Shown here: positions 1 through 11,175 of the stretch, piece by piece | Numbering within the stretch: position 1 is the first letter of the stretch | How the letters are laid out: each line of letters starts with the position of its first letter | Assembly: GCF_009914755.1 (NCBI RefSeq) | Contig: NC_060940.1 | Direction: 5' to 3' (one strand) | From: the human T2T-CHM13v2.0 reference genome, Homo sapiens | DNA: 64,000 nucleotides | The notes under the pieces: model-generated | What the model saw: only the letters and a program-made list of their open reading frames with translations | Database searches by the model: none | What the model was told of the DNA's origin: nothing | Program-made: the position numbers and the translations under genes

Positions 1-17
1 GGGGTTGGAGAGTACGG

Positions 18-590
18 TGTATTAGTTTCCATTGGGTTTTTTTTTTTTTTTCTTTTTTTGAGATGGAGGTTCGTCGCCCAGGCTGGAGTCCAGTGGTGTG
101 ATCTCGGCTCACTGCAAGCTCCATCTCCCGGGTTCATGCCATTCTCCTGACTCAGTCTCTTGAGTAGCTGAGACTACAGGCACCTGCCACCACGTAACTA
201 CCACAGATGTGGTGGCTTAAAATGATATAAATTTATTATCTAACAGTTCTGGTGATCCGATGTCTGAAATCAGTGTCACTGGCCTGCAACCAAGGTTTTG
301 ATAGGGCTCTGCTTTCTCTGGAGTCTATTCTTCTAGCTTGTAGTGGCTACATGACTGCAGTCTCTGCCTCTGTGTTCTCGCTGTCTTCCGTTCTGTGTGT
401 GCCTCTGCGTCTTTCTTTTAAGGATGCTTGAGGTTGCGTGTAGGGCCCTCTGGATAATCCAGGTTGATCACCCATTTTGTGAGCATCAGTTCAGTCACAT
501 CAGCAAGGAAACTATTTCCTTACAAAGTTTATAAGTTTCAGGGATTTTTGACCTGAGATATCTGAGTGGCTATTATCTGGCTTATTAGGG
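18..590 (-). mobile_element. MaLR LTR (MLT1-type), interrupted by a partial Alu
   Basis: Begins tgtattagtttcc and continues taccacagatgtggtggcttaaa...atttattatctaacagttctgg...tctgaaatc, the antisense MLT1 pattern. Confidence 0.75.
37..194 (-). mobile_element. Alu right arm only (AluY-like, 5'-truncated)
   Basis: Poly-T 37-59, then cccaggctggagt...ctcactgcaagctcc...gccattctcctg...ctacaggcacctgccaccacg; stops before the left arm. Confidence 0.9.
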
Positions 591-656
591 TAAGTGTGAG
601 AACAGTCTTACAAGTAGGGAACAATTCCTTGTGTCTCAGAAATTAACTTTGGCGAG

Positions 657-1058
657 ATACATGGTGGCAACTAGCTGTCCAGGAAAGGTGCATGCTGGAA
701 ACTAGCTGTCCAGATGAGATGCATGCTGGGAACTAGCTGTCTGGGAGAGGTACATGCTGGGAACTAGCTGTCCAGGTAAGGTGCTTGCCTAGGTGAGGTG
801 CATGCCAGGAAATAGCTGTGCCAGCGAGGCGCGGGCTGGGAACTAGCTGTCTAGGTGAGATGCATGCTGGGAACTAGCTGTCTGGGAGAGGTACATGCTG
901 GGAACTAGCTGTCCAGGTGAGATGGATACTGGAAACTGCTTTCCAGGTGAGGTGCATGCTGGGAACTGCTGTCCAGGTGAGGTGCATGCTGGGAACTAGC
1001 TGTCCACACAAGGTGCATGCTGGGAACTAGCTGTCCATGCAAGGAGGATGCTGGGACT
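657..1058. repeat. 31-bp minisatellite, ~13 degenerate units (consensus GCATGCTGGGAACTAGCTGTCCAGGTGAGGT)
   Basis: Unit anchors at 660, 691, 722, 753, 784, 801, 832, 863, 894, 925, 955, 985, 1016, 1047 (spacing 30-31, one 17-bp truncated unit). Confidence 0.95.
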
Positions 1059-1214
1059 GTGTTGATGACATCAAGAGACCATGTGAGCCCAGCACCCTAT
1101 GGATGGACAATCTCACTGGCAGAATTGGAACAGCTGGTCCCAGCTGGCTTATTGCCAGGCAACCCAGAGACAGCCTCTGGTGTTACCCTTCACACAGTTC
1201 TATCCCTCCCTCCA

Positions 1215-1395
1215 TATATACTACCTAATGATTGTGCGAACTTGGGAAAGCTGCTTAACTTCTCTGAGCCTGAGTTTCCTCCTTTGTAAAAGGAGACTAA
1301 TACTGGTGTTTACCCTTAGGGCTTTTGTGAGCATTAATGATAGTATGTATAAGGTTTGTAGTAAGTGCCATATAAATGTTGGCTGTAATTATTAT
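1215..1395 (+). mobile_element. MIR SINE
   Basis: cttgggaaagctgcttaacttctctgagcctgagtttcctcctttgtaaaagg matches the MIR core. Confidence 0.8.
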
Positions 1396-1719
1396 ATTCT
1401 TGTTTTTGATATTGTTTCTATGAGGATGGTGGTGGTAGTGGTGGTGGCATACCTCTGTGCATTGTAGCATACCTTAAGGGTTGGCTGCATAACGTTGAAT
1501 TTTAGTTCGCAGAGTTACTGATAGTGCCTGCCCCCAGCCATTGGGCTTCCTGGTTTAAAAGGCAAATCATCCTGATGGAGGATGGTGCCTACAGTGTGGT
1601 GCTCGAGGACAATCCCTGTCTGCTTGGGACTCTGACAGTGGTAGATGCTTTCAGAATTTGGGTTATGAGTGATTGAGGGAGGTTAGCAAACGGATTCCTA
1701 CCTCCTTGTACTGTATGAA

Positions 1720-2070
1720 GCAGTTTGATGGGATTAATTTGCATGGCCCATAGTAAATGCTCTCAGCCTGTATGGAGGCTAATTTGTGAACCTGTAGCAA
1801 TTTATCACCCTGGTTGGATTCGTTTACCAGTAGACAATGTGATTGCGATAATGCGCCTCACTGTGCGTGGAGAGGAGCTGCACTCTGACCTCACTTGAAG
1901 AAACCACCGAGGGGTAATTTCCTCCCCAACGGATGACTGACATTACAGTGTGGTGACAAATGATGAGTATGGTAAATGGTTAATATAGCCAGGGGCAGGA
2001 TCTATATGATTTATGCAAATAATTAGCTCTTCCTGGGTAGTAGCCTGCATGTCTAGGTAACTTTTATTTT
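1720..2070. promoter_or_regulatory. Candidate conserved non-coding enhancer (POU/PBX-HOX/MEIS motifs)
   Basis: Repeat-free; ATTTGCAT 1737-1744, TGATTTAT 2007-2014 overlapping ATGCAAAT 2013-2020 then TAATTA, several TGACA. Confidence 0.5.
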
Positions 2071-2543
2071 TTCAGACAGTCATCTCCGTAATGAGCTATT
2101 AGTCTGCAGGCCAGAAAGAAAGAAAGGTAGAAGGAAGGAAAGACCTCAGGCAGTAAAGTCTTTGTTCCTTCCAGAAATCCTATTTATTTAAAGCTGAGTG
2201 TGATAATGTTTTCTTTTACAAAACTCCATTGCTCTGTATTGTAAAAGCAACTCAAAATATGAGTGTCTGACGTTTATTAGTTTCAATAACGGTTTCTGGG
2301 GTTTAGACAGAGCTTGCATTCATCTTCACTGAGTTCCATTAACACGGAGGGACATATACCATTAGCACCATTTCCTAGTTAGAGAATGTAAGGAAAGATG
2401 GAGGATCAATATGACTGTATTAGGAAGGAGTCTTTGGGTACAAATTATGGAACCTATGAAGAGGAAAGGGCTTAAGGGGTTAATTATTAAAAAGCTTATC
2501 TAAGGAATATTTTATATAAATATAGGATGATCTGGGAAGCTAA

Positions 2544-3006
<463 letters not shown>

Positions 3007-3482
3007 GAGGTGAATAATTTTTTTATTCTGGTTTCTATATGACAGAGGAGAACTTTGATCACCGAGATTAGAATCCCTTGTTAATGCTTGGACTAATCTT
3101 TGGTGGCAAAGGAGTCAGTGCCACCTAAGGACAATGTTTCACTGTTGGGAGGTGGGTGGGAGGAGTAGGTCCTGAGAGGAGAGGGTGATGATCCCAACAG
3201 AAGAGTAGGATGCTATGTAGGGAGTTGACAGATTCCAGCACTATACTGTAAATTCCGTGAGTGTGTAGCTATACGTGTTCTGGTGAGCATGATATCCCCA
3301 GTACCCAATATAGTACCTGGCAAAATGATAAGCATGCAGTGAACATATGCATGAGGAAGGGAGGGAGGGAGAGGGGGAAGGAGGGCAGTCAGCATTCTAG
3401 TATACAGGTCTGAGATAGCCAAGAAAAAGCAAGCAAAATTTTCAGCAGGTAGTCACACAAAACAGAAATAAGAAGAGATCTT

Positions 3483-3789
<307 letters not shown>

Positions 3790-3924
3790 TTAACTCTGGA
3801 GAGTTATCTCAGCGATCGAAACCTTGATTGCACTTCCTAGATTTATTGGATTCATTTAATTGCGCAGCCCTTGGAAGTTTTATCCTCTACCTTTAGAGGA
3901 TTTGAGTGATAAATTTCCTTATTC

Positions 3925-4060
3925 CCTTCCTTCCTCCTTCCCTCCCTCCTTCCCTCCCTCCTTCCCTCCCTCTTTCCCTCCCTGTTTCCCTCCCTTCCTT
4001 TCTTCCCTGCTTTCTTCCCTCCTTGTCTCCCTCCTTACCTCCCTTCTTTCCTTCTTTCTT
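3925..4060. repeat. (CCTT/CCCT)n pyrimidine tract
   Basis: Almost pure C/T on + strand. Confidence 0.9.
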
Positions 4061-4228
4061 TACTCATGCACATATTCACTTCATGGGCTCTGTCATTTGT
4101 ACCCAAAGACTCCTGCCTAATACAGGCCTGTTGATCCTCCATCTTCCCTTATATTCTCTAACTAGGGAATGGTGCTCATGGTATATGTCTCTCTGGGTTA
4201 ATGGACCTCAGTGAAGATGAAATGAAGA

Positions 4229-4320
4229 CCCTTCCCTTCCCTTCCCTTCCTTCCGTTTCCTTCCCTTCCCTTTACCTTCCCTTCCCTTTACCTTCCTTGC
4301 TTCCTTTCCTTCCCTTCTTC
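4229..4320. repeat. (CTTCC)n pyrimidine tract
   Basis: Repeated cttcc units. Confidence 0.9.
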
Positions 4321-4759
4321 AAATGTGTATTGAGAACCAGATACTGTGCCAGCCACGAGAAACATCTGAATCATCAAGGCAGCCTCCATCTGCTCAGATC
4401 TTTTTAGTAGGTGTTTTATTGTTGAGTATGATGATGTAGGAGTTCTATTCCCAATTCATATTGTTTTGAAGCCACGTCTGAATTCTGAGTAACTAGGATG
4501 ATGAGTAGACTATGTCTCCTTGGAGTCCCTGTTTGAGGCTAGGATTTAGGTGAGCAATCCTGATCCCACTCAGGAGACAGCAGGACCACCTGAGCCACTG
4601 ACCTTTAAACCCAGGATATAAAGGTTATCATTGCCCTCTAGAAATATCAAATTGGTAAGAAAGGAAAATGCTCCCTCATGAATGTTCATCAAAGAGTGTT
4701 TCCCATCAGGTGATATTCTGTCCCTTCAGGCCACCGTGGAATTCATTAAAGATGAGAAG

Positions 4760-5020
4760 ACAGTGATAAACCACCTCTTGTGCAGGAATATTTATATATT
4801 CCTGTATTCTTCAAGATGTTACAAATTCCATTTAATAAGTAAAGTGGTTATCTCAATCACAAACTACCATGAGGCAATAATGATGATCCATTTGTCAAAA
4901 ACCGCCACTCAAGCACTAAGGAGATGTGTGTAACAGTTGGCATTTTAAGCATTGCGATTGTCAAACCACTGATTGACAGATCCCTTAATTGTCAATTCAG
5001 ATAATAATAATTCTGCTGCA
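4760..5020. promoter_or_regulatory. Candidate enhancer with perfect PBX-MEIS/PREP decamer
   Basis: TGATTGACAG at 4970-4979, TTGTCAA three times (~4892, 4958, 4989), CACTCAA NKX-like site, TAAT cores; repeat-free. Confidence 0.55.
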
Positions 5021-5609
5021 AAATGTTAGAGACAGAGAAAGGGAAAAGAAAGAAAGAGAAAGAGAAGGAAAGAAAACGAACGGAGGGACATGAGAAGAAA
5101 GGGAGGGACAAAGAGAAGGAGGACTTGAGATAAATATTAGACATGCTTTGGAGTTTTTGAATGGCTTACTGCAAATCGTGTTCAACCCCACATCATTGCT
5201 GGCTGGTTGTCTTTCTTATTTGTTGTGAAGTGATTGCTTCAAAAACCCTGACACAAATCTCTGTAGAGTGATTTTTTGTGTGGTCAAGAATTTTGTGATT
5301 TTAAAAAGACTTTCAGGTTCCTGCTGATTTGGGACTTTGGCTCTCTCTACGCTGATATATAAATCATATTACACAATATTGATAACTCCCCAATCTCTAA
5401 ATAAATCGCAAACTTATTAGGAAGAATCCCAAAGAAGAAGTCAACACCTTTACTGAAGAACTATTTAAAAAGATGTATGGGTAGCATCTAAGTGCTCACG
5501 TTATTCTTAGTGAATCAGAGGTCTCCATCCTACGAAGCATGGGAGAGGTCAAATCCCATGTACGCCAGCTGAAAGAGTTAAGCCATTTTTCTATTTACAT
5601 GGTTTATTT

Positions 5610-6070
5610 CATAAGGGTCTGACTCATTGGGCATAACCAGCACAGTTAAATTTCAAAATTACTATTTGGTCCTTTTTTTATTGACTACAATTCAAGGCTG
5701 CTTCAAGCCTCCCAAATTTAATCGCCGTAGCTCTTTGCCAAGAACATTACGTTTTATTTTCAGTGTTAAACTGTGTAAGATGCCCCTAAGGCTACATGGA
5801 AACTTACTCTCTGTGATAGCAGCTAACGGAGTGTATCAGTTGTTCATGATTTCCCATTCTCCTGTAAATTGGGAGAGGCAGGGAGAGCAGTGGAATGCGA
5901 ATTTTGTTCTGTCAGCACTTTCTTGCCCCAGCTTTAGCCCAAGCAGTGCCTGTTTTGGTAATTAATTATAGTGTGTTTGTAGCTCTTCATGCTCAGTTAC
6001 CATTTAGCAACCTGTCAAATCCTGAGCTAATGAGCCTATCCCACAGAAGTCATTGCATTTACTTTATTTT
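5610..6070. promoter_or_regulatory. Candidate regulatory element
   Basis: Repeat-free; TGACTCA 5620-5626, TAATTAATTA ~5959, CTGTCAAATC ~6012. Confidence 0.35.
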
Positions 6071-6242
6071 ATTTTTAAGCATCAAGACAATACTGGTTTT
6101 TCGTAGGTCAGATGAAGTTGAGAGGGAGATTCTAAACCAGCATATGGAAAAGGCAAGGCTTTTCTCTTCTACTCACAAATGTTCATCCCAAGAATGGCCT
6201 TGCTTAAAGTTTTTCATTGATGTTTCTCTAACTAGAAATTGG

Positions 6243-6278
6243 AGTTATTAAATACAGTTATTAAAATACAGTTATTAA
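6243..6278. repeat. Short 13-14 bp tandem repeat (agttattaaatac x2.7)
   Basis: Directly visible. Confidence 0.85.
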
Positions 6279-7247
6279 CGTGACTGTAATTTAATATTTG
6301 AAGGAAGAAATAGCTCACTCATAAGTGTCCTTGTCAAAGTGTTGTTGGTAAACGAAGGTTGAATGGTTTTGAGATTTATCTCAAATGATGAACTACACTT
6401 TGTAGGGAATGTTTCAGAGGTCTTCCCTCTCTGTGTTGAGAGACTAGATTAGGATATCTAGCTTAGGATTTTCATCTAAAATACAGGAAAAAGCAGAGCA
6501 GATTCGTGATACTTTCCTCTCCTTGTTGGTTTTGTGTTGTTCTTTCTTCTTTAATTGTGGACTTGAAGGAGTTCCACAATCTCCTTATGGGAAGGACTTA
6601 GGCATAGCACTTTGGTTTCCGGGCAGAGGTAGAACATAGTCCTTGAAGCTGCTTTTGTATCACGCTTGCTTGTTTTACTTAGAATCGTACGGTTACAGCT
6701 CAATTAAAATAGCAGAGTTTTCTGAGAATGATTTCATTCTCTTTATGTGAGACTCAGACGATTTCATTTAGTTTATATGAGACATATCACTAATCTCTAC
6801 TAAAAAATAGAAACAATAATTTTATGGAATTACATATCAGAATATGAGTGTTCAGCTCAGCCTCTTTATGGAACAGTGTATACCAAAAACACATCTTTAT
6901 TCTTAGTTGAAAGTTTTAGAAAACCCAGAAATTAGAGCAGTGGCATTCGCCTCTGCTGGTTAGAAGTATAATCTTCAATTCAACATGCAAAACTCAGACT
7001 CATAGCTATTTCTGAAGCTCAGCTATAACTACAGTATCATGTGGTCAGTAAGTTCTGCATTTCTAAAGGAAGATATTATTTTCACTGTCAATCAAAGGTA
7101 GGTAAAAACACATGTACACATTTTAGCTTAGCTGACCAGGTCACAGGGATGTGTACCTGTTTATGTATAAGTGCCAGGACTGAGGCTGGAAGGAGGAATT
7201 AAGTTATGCTCCCTTAATACCATCAGTGTTGTATTGTCCTAAAAAAA

Positions 7248-7250
7248 GTG

Positions 7251-7283
<33 letters not shown>

Positions 7284-7386
7284 GTATATATATACGTATA
7301 TATATGTATATATATACGTATATATATATGTATATATACGTATATATATGTATATATATGTATATATATATGTATATATATATATA
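7248..7386. repeat. Interrupted (TA)n microsatellite, ~140 bp
   Basis: TA runs punctuated by TG and CG. Confidence 0.97.
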
Positions 7387-8369
7387 CAAAAATTAGTTCC
7401 TCAATCCAATAAGAACATGATTCTGACTCTTTATAAAAATGACTCCTCTTGAATATTATTTGTTCCCATCTCATTCGTTGATAATATCTATTATATTTTT
7501 ATAAGAAAGAGTCAAAAATTCTATGCAAAATTCTCTGTTCTCCTCAAACAGATGACGCTTTTGCCCATACTTGGCTCTAATATCATAATTGATTTTACTT
7601 GTCAGCTCTCTGTTCATCAGAGAACTTGATAAGCAGAAGAACAGTTGCTCACTCTTGTTCAAGTCTACTGCCCTAATGCCCATGGACCTGCAAATTTTCC
7701 AAATGTGAGTGGTTTTTATGCTGCCTGTGGAAATCTGAATTTAGATGAGCCACACTTTGTAGAAAATGCTTCAGAGATCTTCCTGCCGCCTCTCTGTGTC
7801 GATAACCTCCATGGAACTGTGTTTGTGAGATACTCAATAATGGAACCATTTAATTCAAATTTTTTAATCGACTACGGTATCAGCAAAATGAGAAATGTCT
7901 TTCACCCTTGATCTTTGACAATAGCAGACATGTTAATATGAAGTTACTGCTAAGGCTCCAAAAGGCATTGATACAAGTATATTTTTTCTGCCATTCTTGT
8001 TTCTTTATAGAATCACACTTTTGAGTATTCAGAGCTTGCTTTTCCTTTGAGTTAGAGGAATGCATTGGAGAGAAGTGTTATTGATGAGGGCTGATTAAGC
8101 AAATTAATGAATTGAGACAGCTGAATAGTAAGTGAGAAGAATTTGAGGAGTGGAATTGGTTTTTGCTCATTGACTGTAAAGTGTAGGAGTTAACACCACA
8201 AGGGTACCTGATGGAACGAGCTATAATACCGAGGTGAGTGAAGAGAGAGCATTTGGAATTGTGTACTATTTTTCCTCTTCCAATGAATAGCTGTGTGCTA
8301 GCTGTTCACTGCTTTCCTGGCATATGTTTTTCTTGCTTCATTTTCTGAGTCATCTGCAATAGCGGAAAT

Positions 8370-8435
8370 GAATTCATTCAACAGTATATATTGAATGCCC
8401 GTTATGTTCCAGACACAATGTTAGGCACTTAATGG
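8370..8435 (-). mobile_element. L2 3' end fragment
   Basis: attcattcaacag...attgaatgccc...atgttccagacacaatgttaggcact. Confidence 0.65.
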
Positions 8436-8744
8436 TACTTGTGGAAATACATTATTTAATGTCTGATGACTAAATGTTCTCAGTTCTGATGGAGTCAAGT
8501 GTTTTTGGCTGGGGGTGGTAATATTTGGGAAGCATCTTGGAAAGCATTTGTTATTTCAAACTCTTCAAATCTGCAAGTCTTACAAAACACTACACGTTGG
8601 CTAAGACGTGGGGGCAGCGGGCGCTCTACCGTGCTGCTGATGGAAGAGTATATTGATGCACCTGCTTTGGCGCTCACTTTAGTAACATCATGGGACATTC
8701 AAGATGCATGTAGTTTTGAGATATTTCATCCCTAAATGCACACA

Positions 8745-9360
8745 TGAAGGAGACACATAGAAGATTCATTGTGGCATCCAAGCAAAACATTAGGAAGACA
8801 ACAATCAACCAGACATTAATTGTCCACCAATAGGGAAATAGAAGATAAATTGTAGCAAAAGTCATGTCTGGTGTGTCATGTTAAAATAAATAAATTAGAT
8901 CTCTGTGTGCCAGTGTGGATAAATCTGAAAACCATAATGTTGAACAACAACAAAAAGTAATTTGCAGCAGGAGACATACAGTATGACATCATTTATGTAC
9001 AATTTTTGGACACAGTAAAATGTTTTCAAAAATATATAAATGTATTCAAAAATAGATATTCCAAAATATACATTTATATGTATTTATATATGAATGTGCC
9101 CAAAAATATATATTCTCTTGGGGTCTATGCATATATGGTAAAACGAGATAGAGCTATGTGGGAATGATACACAGTAAGTTCAGCAGTATGCCCACCACTG
9201 TTAGGGAGTAGGGGAGCGGTTGTAATCTGCGAGAGTGACTGACAAGGATTCCATTATATTTGTTATATTTTATGTTGCAAGCTGCGGGGTGGACATACGG
9301 CATTTGCTCCAGCATCTTCCGTATTTTTTATATGTCTCATGTATTGCATAAGAAAAAAGA
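8745..9360 (+). mobile_element. Old L1 (L1M-type) 3' region
   Basis: tgtccaccaatagggaaatag...ataaattgtag...tggataaatctgaaaaccataatgttgaac...atacagtatgacatcatttatg. Confidence 0.65.
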
Positions 9361-10409
9361 GTGCATCTGAACAGCTACAGTTACCGCTGTGTCTGTGTGT
9401 ATTTGCATGCCGAGTTTTTTGAGCACCACACTCTAACCATAGTCTTTGCAAAAGGGTTTTATACAAAAACAAGGTCCCTTTCGAGTGCATTGTCTTGGTA
9501 AGATTGTTAAGGGCAGATGAGTAAAGAGATGCAGTACCCTCAATCTACAAGACAAAAGATGGACCAGTCAAGCAGTTCCCTAATGTCTTTGATCAATGTA
9601 AACTGCTAATTGCAAGGCCTGACTCTCTTTTCCAAAAGGAATGATTCCCCTCCCAACCCCCTCCCCCCCCCGACTCAATTACAAGAATAATTGCTTCAAC
9701 TCTCAATGTTCCTTTAACTGGGCACGTTCAGTGTTAGCATCTTAGGCTCTCATTTCATATGAAAGTACTAAGTTGTTCCAGTAAACAGCCTCTACATTGG
9801 GTTTTTATGTTGCAATATTACAGACTTGGCATGCAACCTCCTCTATTTTTCACTGTGTATAATGAGGTCAAATTCGTTTTGGAAGGCCCGGAAGTCTTCA
9901 GGATTTACAGCTATTTGAAAACCCTATTGATAATAAGTATTTGGCCAAAGTGTTTCCACGTTCATACACTCCCCCTCTTTCCTAGCCAGCGTCCCTTGGT
10001 TTTTTTTTTTTTTTTTTTTTTTTGGTTTTTTTTTTGGTCTAGCTTGCACTTTCTCCCTGCCCAGAAATGTCGTTAACATTAACAAGAGCTCTCTCTGGCA
10101 CTGGCAGGGGGTCTGCAAACAGAACTGGTTTGGAATATGCAATGGGAGGCTTGAATCAAAGAAAAGCTGTGATACAGACTGTGGAGTGTGTAAGACAAAC
10201 TCGATAAGCTCCAGTCAATACTGTCAGGAAAAATCACAGCAAAACTGATTTCGATGAGAAGATGTCATTGGGCTGTGAGGGATACTTGGAAAGGATGCTT
10301 CAGCAACAATAACAACAAAAGAGTTTTTCATTTAGATTGTGAAGGGCTTGCTGTGTGTCTCATGTTTAGGGACATAAATAAGTACTGACCCTTACTCTAG
10401 AGAGTTATT

Positions 10410-10548
10410 GCACATAAGAAACCCAGAGTCCTAGGCCACCTCCAGAGATTTTAATTCTGTAGGTCTGGAGTGGAGACTGTTTGCCTTGTGAACAAGCTCA
10501 CAGGCGATGCTGATCGTGCAGGTTCCTGGAAGCACATTTTGAACACCA
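10410..10548. mobile_element. MER5A-like hAT MITE
   Basis: ccagagattttaattctgtaggtctggagtgg...aacaagctcacaggcgatgctgat...cacattttgaacacca. Confidence 0.7.
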
Positions 10549-10890
10549 AGGCCCCAGAGCAGGTTCAATGAAATGGAGGAAGAGAGTCAAATAAAAATCC
10601 TTTCATTCGGTGCTATGGGGATGCAATGGCAGAGTTATTAGCAATATTACAGTTACCTAGGAAAAGGAGCAAACAGCTCTGCCTTGCCCAGGCAACCAGC
10701 AGAATGGAGGTGATACTTAACCAGCATCTTGAAGAGTGAAGAGATTTCCAGGAAGAAAAGAGAGTTCATGTTACAGGCAGAGGAAGTGACATGAATGAAG
10801 TACAGGACACAAATGGAAAATGAAAGTGGTTTTGTATGAACAGAGCTGGAGCTAGAATAGGAATCATCACAGATGCTGTTTAAGAATTGT

Positions 10891-11175
10891 CTGTGGCTCA
10901 CACCTGTAATCCCGGCGCTTTGTAAGGCCGAGGCTGGTGGATCACCTGAGGTCAGGAGTTGAAGATCAGCCTGGCCAAAATGGTGAAACCTCGTCTCTAC
11001 TAAAAATACAAAAATTAGCCAGTCATGGTGGCCGGCACCTGTAATCCCAGCTACTCAGGAGGTTGAGGCAGGAGAATCACTTGAACCCAGGAGGCAGAGG
11101 TTGCAGTGAGCTGAGATCACGGCACTGCACTCCAGCCTGGGCGACAGAGGGAGACTCTGTCTAAAAAAAAAAAAA
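10891..11175 (+). mobile_element. AluS-type element within an antisense L2 fragment
   Basis: gtggctcacacctgtaatccc...gatcacctgaggtcaggag...poly-A. Confidence 0.95.

Noticed and set aside
657-1058. Possible CRISPR-like array (regular ~31-bp period)
   Set aside because: Units are contiguous with no unique spacers, there are no cas genes, and the DNA is primate; it is a minisatellite
2055-2130. Acceptor-like tttattttttcag at ~2073 (and tcttttttccccctag at ~32006) as exon starts
   Set aside because: No convincing paired donor or recognisable coding frame; such motifs are common in introns
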